64,000 bases of DNA from Bacteroidales bacterium (GTDB taxonomy: Bacteria; Bacteroidota; Bacteroidia; Bacteroidales; F082). The stretch covers positions 11,676-75,675 of the forward strand of contig JAKSMV010000008.1 of the NCBI GenBank assembly GCA_024400425.1, in the 5' to 3' direction. Below are positions 26,887 to 36,100 of this stretch, piece after piece (position 1 is the stretch's first letter; every line of letters starts with the position of its first letter). The position numbers and the translations under genes are program-made. The notes below the pieces were generated by a model that was not told where the DNA came from, ran no database searches, and saw only the letters and a program-made list of their open reading frames with translations.

Positions 26887-27885
26887 TCAATAATCGTATC
26901 CCGTTAGATTCGGTTTCCCATACTGATATTCACAAGCAAAGAAATATTCACGATTTGGATTTACAGAGAGAGGTGTATCTAAAAAACAATCCAAGATTGA
27001 TAGAATTTTATAATCATCTGTTAAGTAGACTTCATCACGCAAAATTTGGCATAGATTTTCATAATAATACTGCATTTCTTGGTAATCAATGCAATTATTC
27101 AAAACTTCATTACCATATCCTACCCACAGCCGATACCCATGATTGTAATGAATATTGTAGTCACTTTCTATATACTGTTCGGCATGAATACAAACAGAAT
27201 TAACATTAGTATAATACACTCTACCAAATGCACAATCCGTATTATGGTTATTATTATAAACCTTCTTGAGCATAGTACAATGGTCGTCTCCGACACAGGT
27301 TCCGTCACATTTTCCAAGCCGTTCCCAAACACGCCAGTTATCAGTTTCGTCAAATCTTGTTTTAGGGGCGGGCATGTTCAATCCTCTAGTAGAAAGAACC
27401 AGACGAACTTCTGCTGATTCGGCAGCTTTTGCATCTTGAATAAGAGAACAAGAAATGGCTTGAACGCTTTTGTTGGGGAGTGTTACCTGTTCAAAAGCCT
27501 CAAGAATTTCAGAGTAGGCAATATTATAGGTTTCTGCAAGCTGACAAAGTTCAACTTCTTCACCCGATATGTCAAGAGAAACATACACGGTATCGTATTG
27601 TATCTCATCCGTTGCATAGTTCGCATCGCCAAAATCGAAATTCAACAAGTTGCCCAAATCTCTTTGGGCTTGTTCCAAACTAATGCTTTCATCACCTTTA
27701 GTGGCAGAAAGCATTCGCTTCTTAAAAGAAATCAAGTAATCGTCCATATTGCCAATAACTTGGTTGTTCGGTTTCACATCACATACTTTAACTTCTTGTT
27801 TTTCTTTCTTGCATCCCACTAAAATAGCGGCAGCAACAGCCACCACAAGCAGCATGGCGGCTACGATATATTTACGTGTTTTCAT
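26887..27885 (-). CDS. Cys-rich lipoprotein of unknown function (cassette copy 2, gene A)
   Basis: ATG at 27885. Lipobox AAILVGC. It is a paralog of 5278..6306. Its stop lies 6 nt before the ATG of the CTD gene. Confidence 0.7.
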   Translation of the reverse strand: MKTRKYIVAAMLLVVAVAAAILVGCKKEKQEVKVCDVKPNNQVIGNMDDYLISFKKRMLSATKGDESISLEQAQRDLGNLLNFDFGDANYATDEIQYDTVYVSLDISGEEVELCQLAETYNIAYSEILEAFEQVTLPNKSVQAISCSLIQDAKAAESAEVRLVLSTRGLNMPAPKTRFDETDNWRVWERLGKCDGTCVGDDHCTMLKKVYNNNHNTDCAFGRVYYTNVNSVCIHAEQYIESDYNIHYNHGYRLWVGYGNEVLNNCIDYQEMQYYYENLCQILRDEVYLTDDYKILSILDCFLDTPLSVNPNREYFFACEYQYGKPNLTGYDY

Positions 27886-28275
27886 GTTGTTCAGATTTTT
27901 TTGATTATTGTTTCGCTTGGTCTTTATTGCCTATTTCATGCCACGGTCCGACCTACCCACGGCACAAAGGGTGTTTCTCCCTTGCCTCTATTTGGCTTCA
28001 CCTCGCAAGCGGCTGTTAGGTAAACTATTTGCGAGGCTGATACCCAATGAAACGATTTTTTCCATATCGGCATAGCACTTCGCCTGTGTGCTCCTGCCAA
28101 GACAATAAATTCACTACAAAAAACCGCAATGAATTGATTATTAAAACATAATATAGCTGTGGGGGTATGATAACAATCGCAAATCCATTCAACCGCTTTG
28201 CCATGCAGCAAAGGATGGAGCGTAGATAAGACCCTATTTGGCCTGAACGTTTCATCTTCGTTGTGATTGTCGCTG

Positions 28276-28283
28276 CAAAGTTA
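28276..28283 (-). promoter_or_regulatory. candidate -7 box TAACTTTG (minus strand), about 390 nt upstream of ATG 27885
   Basis: Matches TAnnTTTG in the context CGCTGCAAAG, the same context as at 6641..6650. I found no closer match. Confidence 0.33.
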
Positions 28284-28433
28284 TAAAAATAAAAATGTAT
28301 TTGTCAAGAAAAAAATGCAAAAAAGTTCTCAGCCCTCAGAACATTTTGCCTTCCCAAAGCATTTTCGGGAAATCGGAGGCATAAAGCATCTCATTGTTGA
28401 TTCTTTCCACAGAAAGCCAAGTGGCTCTTTACA

Positions 28434-28787
28434 TTAAAGACCGAGCAAATCAAACAACCAGTCAGAACCGATTGCCCCAACTACAAATGACAGAACAATT
28501 ATAATAGCAACCAATATTTTCAATAGAGCATCGCGGTCGGTCATTTTCTTGAAAACCGTGGTCTTGTAGGCGAGATAGCGGCTACCGCAGAACGACAATG
28601 CGAAAAAAGCGATAGCCAAGGTGTCAGCGAAAAATTCTTTCCAGAAATAATTCCAATCAATGGCCTCACCCGAAATGAGCGGAATCGTGATATTCGAGGA
28701 ACAATCACCTACCAAAATGATTCCACTAAAAAGAATAAAGCTAAGCCATGGCCTTGGTCCGAACAAGCTCCATTTTTCTTTTTCCAT
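28434..28787 (-). CDS. hypothetical small membrane protein (about 3 TM)
   Basis: ATG at 28787. Three hydrophobic segments. No recognisable motif. Confidence 0.45.
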   Translation of the reverse strand: MEKEKWSLFGPRPWLSFILFSGIILVGDCSSNITIPLISGEAIDWNYFWKEFFADTLAIAFFALSFCGSRYLAYKTTVFKKMTDRDALLKILVAIIIVLSFVVGAIGSDWLFDLLGL

Positions 28788-28904
28788 ATCTATTCCTTTA
28801 TTAATATCGCGTCAAAATTACCAAAAAAAACCTTGCCGAAAAAGGGCCAAAAGAAAAAAAATTCAATAAAAACGATTTTTTTGCATACCAATACATTTTT
28901 TATC

Positions 28905-28912
28905 TATTTTTG
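28905..28912 (+). promoter_or_regulatory. -7 box TATTTTTG upstream of the acidic lipoprotein gene
   Basis: Matches TAnnTTTG about 58 nt before ATG 28970. Confidence 0.45.
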
Positions 28913-28969
28913 CACGCTCAAAAAAAAGCAAATCAACTTATTTAAATAACACTTTTAAACTTACTTAAA

Positions 28970-29467
28970 ATGAAAAAGTTATTCTTATCAATGGGTCTTG
29001 CATGCCTGTTCATGGTTGCATGCAACAACGCTCCTAAACAGGAAGCAGTAGAAGAAACCATCGACACCGTCGCTGTCGTTGAAGAAGTCGTTGAAGAACA
29101 TGTTTGCCCAATGGCACAACTGAAGGGCGAATTCGACAACTGGGCTAACCTCGACGCCGAAGCTCAAGCCGCTCTCGTTGGCAAGGCTATCGAAATGTTC
29201 GGTCAAGAACAAGAATCATGCTGCAACCACGAAGGTGAAGAAGGTCAAGAATGCGAAATGACCGAAGAACAAAAAGCTGAAATGGAAGCTGTTATGGCTA
29301 AGATGAACGATTGGAAAGCCCAATTCGCTAACATCGCTACCATGAGCCTCGAAGAACAAAAAGACCTTATCATGGCTCGTTTCGACCTGATGAAGTCATG
29401 CTGCAAGCAAGCTGCTGAAGAAGCCGTTGAAGCTGCTGCTGAAACCATCCAAGAAGTTGTCGAATAA
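28970..29467 (+). CDS. acidic lipoprotein with two internal repeats, each ending in vicinal cysteines (SCC)
   Basis: Lipobox FMVAC. Repeats: ...DNWANLDAEAQAALVGKAIEMFGQEQESCCNHEGEE and ...NDWKAQFANIATMSLEEQKDLIMARFDLMKSCCKQAAEE. A strong terminator follows. Confidence 0.6.
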   Translation: MKKLFLSMGLACLFMVACNNAPKQEAVEETIDTVAVVEEVVEEHVCPMAQLKGEFDNWANLDAEAQAALVGKAIEMFGQEQESCCNHEGEEGQECEMTEEQKAEMEAVMAKMNDWKAQFANIATMSLEEQKDLIMARFDLMKSCCKQAAEEAVEAAAETIQEVVE

Positions 29468-29491
29468 TTAACAACCCTATCACAAAACTAT

Positions 29492-29521
29492 AAAAGGCGA
29501 CCACGAGGCCGCCTTTTTTTT
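29492..29521 (+). terminator. rho-independent terminator
   Basis: AAAAGGCGACC-ACGA-GGCCGCCTTTT (one mismatch) running into T9. Confidence 0.75.
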
Positions 29522-29552
29522 GTCTAATCATTATTCCTTCGGAATAAATTCG

Positions 29553-29560
29553 TATCTTTG
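29553..29560 (+). promoter_or_regulatory. -7 box TATCTTTG upstream of ruvA
   Basis: Matches TAnnTTTG 26 nt before ATG 29586. It lies inside the track's longer ORF (29520), which supports the shorter start. Confidence 0.55.
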
Positions 29561-29585
29561 CCGTTTTAATGGAAATTGGCAGAAA

Positions 29586-30167
29586 ATGTACGCTTTCATA
29601 TCAGGAAAAATAGTCGAGAAGTCGCCGACCTACGTTGTGGTTGACAACAACGGCATCGGCTACCTCATCAACATCACCCTCAACACTTTCACCGCCATCG
29701 GCGAGAAAGAGGAAACGAGACTATACACCCACGAGCAGATTCTCGAAGATGCACACAACCTCTTCGGCTTCGCCTCACAAAAGGAACGCGACCTTTTCGA
29801 ACTCCTCATTTCGGTTTCGGGCGTGGGCTGCAACACGGCACGCCTCATCCTCAGCTCACTGACAGTCAACGAGTTGAGCAACGCCATCGCCAACGACGAC
29901 GTGAAAACCATCCAAGCCGTGAAAGGCATCGGCGTCAAGACCGCCCAACGCATCGTCATCGACCTGAAAGACAAACTCAAGAAATCCGACTTCCAAACAG
30001 AAATATTCGACACTCCAAACAATACTATCAAAGCCGAAGCGTTATCAGCATTGACGATTTTGGGCTTCAGCAAAGCCGCCATCGAGAAAGCCTTGGACAG
30101 ACTGCTCAAGCAGATGCCCGACGCCACCGTTGAAACGCTCATCAAAGAAGCCCTCAAAGTATTGTAA
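29586..30167 (+). CDS. ruvA: Holliday junction DNA helicase RuvA
   Basis: MYAFISGKIVEKSPTYVVVDNNGIGYLINI. HhH motifs LISVSGVGCNTARLIL and VKGIGVKTAQRIVIDL. Confidence 0.93.
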   Translation: MYAFISGKIVEKSPTYVVVDNNGIGYLINITLNTFTAIGEKEETRLYTHEQILEDAHNLFGFASQKERDLFELLISVSGVGCNTARLILSSLTVNELSNAIANDDVKTIQAVKGIGVKTAQRIVIDLKDKLKKSDFQTEIFDTPNNTIKAEALSALTILGFSKAAIEKALDRLLKQMPDATVETLIKEALKVL

Positions 30168-30194
30168 TAACATACAACAAGTTCTGAATTGAAG

Positions 30195-33100
30195 ATGAAA
30201 CGACATATCCTTATAGCCTTGATACTGACGATGACGGTCTTACCCCTCATCGGCCTTCTGGCAAGCAACTCAGGAGATATCCCATCCTACAAGCCCTATT
30301 ATCCGGTTCAGGTTGAGCCCGATACCACGAAGGTCATCTACCCTATTCCCGTCAGCACCGGCAATCCTACCACCGACCTTCTCAACCAGTCGCCACTCTA
30401 CCTCAAAGACCCAGAGAACATCCAGACTGAAGTCGTCTATGACCCCGTGACAGGCCAATACACCTTCAAGAAAAAAGTCGGCGATTTCTATTTCGACGTC
30501 CCCACCACCCTTAGCCAAGAGGAATATCTTGATTATCAGACTAAAAAGAGCATTACAGAATACTGGAAAGAACGCCGTTCGCAAAACGCCAAATCGACCA
30601 CTAACGGCACTTCGCTCATTCCACCCATGTTCGTGGGAGGCAAGGCCTTCGAGACCATCTTCGGCAGCAACACCGTTGACATCCGTCCGCAAGGCTCGGT
30701 TGACCTCACCTTCGGCATCAAGCACAACTACCGCGCCGACCCCTCGCTCAGCCAGAAACGCCAACACCAGACCAACTTCGACTTCGACCAAGACATCCAG
30801 CTCAATGTGATGGCGAAGATTGGCGACAAAATCAACTTCAACATCAACAAGAACACCAAGGCCACCTTCAACTTCCAAGACAAACTGGCCCTCAAATACC
30901 AAGGCAAGGAAGACGAAATCATCCAACTGCTCGAAGCCGGTAACGTCAGTTTCCCGTTGAACAGCACCCTCATCACCGGCACACAGTCGCTGTTCGGTCT
31001 CAAGTCGAAACTGAAATTCGGCAAGACCACCATCTCGACCATCGTTTCCTACCAGGAAAGCGAATCGCAGAACATCACCGTTCAAGGCGGCGCACAAACC
31101 AACCAATTCGAACTCAGCTGCTTAGACTACGAAGAAAACCGACACTTCTTCCTCAGCCAATATTTCAGAGACCATTACGAAGAAGCCCTTTCTACCCTAC
31201 CTACCATCACCTCGGGAGTCAACATCACGAAGATTGAAGTCTGGATTACAAACACCAACACCGCCACACAAGACACGCGTAACATTCTTGCCCTCACCGA
31301 CTTGGCAGAAGGAACCAACGCATGGATTTACAACGAAGAAGTAGAGCCTACACTAGGTTCGGAAATCTATCCGCGCAATGGCGTCAACAACTTGCTGACC
31401 CGCATGGACACCACGCAGATACGCAGCATCAGCTCGGTTACCAACTACATGAGCAACGACCCTATGCGCATCGGCAAGACCGGATACATGATTTCGGGAC
31501 GCGACTTTGAGAAAATCGAGAACGCACGTCGCTTGAACCAATCAGAATACTCCTTCAACTCGAAACTGGGTTTCATCTCACTGAATATCACCCTCAACGC
31601 CAACCAAACCCTTGCCGTAGCCTACCAATACACCATCGTAGGTTCCAACCAAGTGTATCAAGTTGGTGAGTTTTCCGACCAAGGCATCAACACTCCACAA
31701 GTGCTTGTCGCCAAGTTGCTGAAAGGCACCACAGTGAATACCAAGATGCCTATCTGGAACCTTATGATGAAGAACGTCTATAACTTCAGGGCTTATCAAG
31801 TCAGCTCGAACGACTTCATGATGAACATCTTCTACAACGGCAACTCCAACAGCACCCCGATGGGCTACTTCACCGAAGGCGAGAAGAAAGGCGTTGCGCT
31901 GCTTCACCTGATGGGACTCGATAACTTGACCCAACAAAACAACCCAATCCCAGGCGGCGATGGCATGTTCGACTTCATTGACCACGCTTCGACACAAGGA
32001 GGTACCATCAACGCATCGAATGGTCGCATCTTCTTCCCCGTCCTGGAGCCATTCGGCAAGCACATCCGCACGAAGATTTTCCCCAACGAGCCTGACTTGG
32101 CACAGAAATACGCCTTCGACTCGCTTTACACCATGACCAAAACCTCAGCCGAGCAATATTCTGAGAAGAACAAATTCACCTTGAGCGGCTACTATTCGTC
32201 GCAATCGGGCAGCGAAATCAGCCTCAATGCGATGAACGTACAACAAGGCTCCGTAACGGTGACGGCTGGAGGTGCGCAACTCGTAGAGAATGTTGACTAT
32301 ACGGTTGACTACACCTTGGGTCGTGTGACCATCATCAACGAAGGCATACTCAACTCCGGCACGCCAATCAACATCTCGCTTGAATCGAATTCAGGATTCA
32401 GCGCCTTGAAGAAGACCTTCCTCGGGGCTCGTGTCGAACACGAATTCAACCCCGACTTCAGGGCTGGCGCGACCATCCTTTATCTTGGCGAGAAATCATA
32501 CACCCAGAAAATCAACTACGGAGAAGAAGCCATCGCCAACACCATCTATGGCGCCGACCTCAGTTATCACACCGAAGCCCGCTGGCTTACCTCAGCCATC
32601 GACAAGTTGCCAGGCGTTTCCACCAAAGCCCCATCGCGCATCAGCATCGACGGTGAAGTGGCACGTTTCATCCCAGGCTTGTCTAAATCGGCAAGCGAAG
32701 CCAACACTTCCTATATCGACGACTTCGAAGGTGCCAAATCAACCATCGACTTGCGTTTGCCAACAGCATGGGCCATGGCCAGCACACCGCAAAACCAAAA
32801 CGACCTCTTCCCCGAGGCCGCTCCTGGCACCGGACTCGCCTATGGATACAACCGCGCCAAACTGGCTTGGTACACCATCGACAACTCCGTGTTCTACGAC
32901 CGATACGGGAGCATAAAACCAAAGAACATCACCCCTGACGAACTCTCGAAACACTCGGTTCGTCAGGTGCTCGAAACCGAAATCTTCCCAACCAAAGATA
33001 TTGCAGCAGGCACACCTACCAACGTGTCGGTGCTCAACCTCGCATACTATCCTGAAGAACGCGGTCCATACAACTACGACGTAAGACCATCACAATATTC

Positions 33101-36100
33101 AGCTGGTGTCGATGCCGAAGGCCGACTCTCCAATCCTACAAGCCGTTGGGCAGGTATCATGCGTCGCATGGAATCCATCGACTTTGAAGCCACCAATATC
33201 GAGTACATCGAATTCTGGCTGATGGACCCATTCGCTGACGAAGAATTCCAAAACAATCCCGGTAAACTTTACATCAACTTGGGTGACATTTCGGAAGACA
33301 TCTTGCGCGATGGCCGCAAATTCTACGAGAACGGATTGCCTACGACTGAGACTGTCGTCAATGTGGACACCACCATTTGGGGTCGCGTGCCTACCATGCA
33401 AGACCTCGTAGGTACTTTCAGCAACGAATCGGAAGCCCGTCAATATCAAGATGTTGGTTTCGATGGCTTGCGTGACGTTGACGAACGTAGTTTCTTCGAA
33501 CAGCCTTATCTCGCCCAACTCAGGAACTATTTCGGCGAAAGTTCAGTAGCCTACCAGAACGCATACAACGACCCATCGAGCGATAACTTCCACTTCTACC
33601 GCTCGTCAGACTGGGACAACGACGAAGAGCACAGCAGCATCCTCGAACGCTACCGCAACTTCAATGGGCAAGAAGGCAACTCGCCTTCCGATATCCAAAG
33701 AACCGAAAGCTACACCACCAGCAACTCGACATTGCCAAACGCCGAAGATATCAACAACGACAACACGTTGAGCGAATCGGAACGCTACTACCAATACGAA
33801 ATCGACCTCGACCCAACCCAAATGGTAGTCGGCAAAAACCACATCTCAGACATCTTCGAAGCCACAAACATCGCATTGGCCAACGGCGAAATCGGCACCT
33901 GCACCTGGTATCAATTCCGAATCCCCGTCAAACAGCCTGACAAGGTTGTCGGACGCATCGACGACTATTCGTCAATCCGATTCATGAGAATGTTCGTCCG
34001 CGAGTTCCAACGTCCAATCGTGTTGCGTTTCGCCACCCTCGACCTCGTGAAAGGCGAATGGAGAACCTACTCGCAAAGCATCCAGGCTCCAGGCGAATAC
34101 CAGCCTAACGACGTCACCAACGAGACCACCTTCGACATCTCGGCTGTCAACATCGACGAAAACAGCCGCCGCGACCCTGTGCCTTACGTCATCCCGCCAG
34201 GAATCCAGCAAGAAACCGTGATAGGCACCACGGCCGTCACAAGAATCAATGAGCAATCACTACAAATGACCGTCAAGAACCTTGTCGATGGTGATGGACG
34301 TGCCATTTACAAGACCGCCGACTTCGACTTGCGGCAATACAAATACCTGAAGATGTTTGTCCACGCCGAAGACTACAAGCAAGGCGAAGGCGATGTGGAA
34401 GAACTGCAAGACCAAGACCTCACCGTCTTCATCCGCTTGGGAACCGACTTCACTGAAAACTATTACGAATATGAAGTCCCCATCAAAGTGACGTCATGGG
34501 GCACACCTTATACTAATAAGGAAGCCATCTGGCCCGAAATCAACAATATTGACATCAAGTTGGAAGACCTCGTTGAGGTGAAATCGCACCGCAACGACGC
34601 CATGAACCTGCCCAACAGCGACGTGCGGCTCAACTACATCTATTCCGAAAAAGTCAAGAAAGCCACTATCGACGGCAAGGACTACTACCACACCATCAAG
34701 GTGATAGGTAACCCGAGCATCAGCGATGTGGAAGCTATGATGATAGGTGTCCGCAACCCGAAACGCCAGAACCTCGAATCGATCGACGACGGACTGCCAA
34801 AGGATGCCGTCATTTGGGTCAACGAGCTACGTCTGACCGAACTGAGCAGCAAGGGCGGCGTGGCAGCAACCGGACGCATAGAAGCCACATTGGCTGACCT
34901 CGGACGCATCACCCTCAACGGATCGTATAGCTCAGCCGGATTCGGAGGCTTAGACAGCGACATCGCAAGCAACACGTTTGAAGCCAACTCGCAATATGCC
35001 ATCGCCACCGACCTCGAACTCGGCAAGTTCTTGGGCGAATCAGGCATGAAAATCCCAATGCACTTTGACTTTGGCGAGACACGAGTCACACCACTCTATA
35101 ACCCTTACGACCCCGACATCAAGCTTAACGATGCCCTCGCTTCTCTCGAATCACAAACCCAGAGAGACTCGCTCAGCTCCATGATTCACGACCTCACACG
35201 CTACAAGAACATCAACTTCATGAACGTGCGCAAAGACCGTGTGACCAAAAAGAAGAAAGAAAGCGACGATGAAGAGAAAGGACAAAAGGCCAACTCGCGC
35301 GACCCGAACAAGAACATGAGACAAACGCCAAGTCTTCCTAAAGTGCATTTCTACGACATCGAAAACTTCAACCTTTCGTTCTCATATAGCGAGACGTTCC
35401 AAGAAAATACCGACATAAAATACTATCTTACACAGAACTATCGTGGAAGTTTAGGCTACAACTATGCCGGGAACCCAAAGAATGTGACACCTTTCGCCAA
35501 GGCAAAATGGGCTTCGAAACCATCCATGCAATTCTTCAAGGACATCAACTTCTACTATGCCCCGAAGAGCATCACCTTCAACACCGAAATGACGCGCAAC
35601 TACAGCGAAAGGGAAATGCGCAACAAGACCGGCGGAATGGTCATCATCAACCCAACATTCTCCAAGCAATGGGACTGGAACCGCAACTACCAAGTGAGAT
35701 GGGACCTCACCAAAGGCCTCAACCTTGAATACTCAGCCCAAGCACGCGCTTTCGTTTACGAACCAGCCGGCAACCCCGACAAGGAAACGGAAGAATGGCA
35801 GCTCAACCGCGATACCATCAAGAACGAATTGCTGCATTTTGGTTCCACAACGCAGTTCCAGCAAAATGCTTCGGCAACCTGGACACTGCCAATCAACAAG
35901 ATACCATTGCTCAACTGGATTAATGCCAGTGCCAACTATCAAGGACAATACATGTGGAATGCCTCCGCACGCTCCATCCAGAACCGCTTGGGCAACACCA
36001 TCGAAAACTCAAACAACATCCAAGGCAACGCCACCCTCGACTTTACAAAACTCTACAACAAAGTACCTTACCTGAAGAAAGTGAATACGCCACAACGGCG

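Noticed and set aside
27936-28260. Possible RNase P RNA or other housekeeping ncRNA, because the minus strand contains GGCCAAATAGGG and AGCCAAATAGAGG reminiscent of the RNase P CAAAUAGG region; also track ORFs 27936..28211 and 28025..28255
   Set aside because: There is no GAGGAAAGTCCGGGC-type or ACAGAAnCCGGCTTA-type conserved block on either strand. The short ORFs overlap each other and have no motifs. The region is kept only as a putative long leader.
30270-31106. Other long antisense or shadow ORFs inside well-supported genes (for example 30270..31106 in sprA, 1861..2589, 8103..8543, 20734..21297, 41441..42175, 51716..52483, 56328..57218, 63351..63986)
   Set aside because: Each lies entirely within a gene with strong motif support on the other strand or frame, and each has a low-complexity or odd composition.
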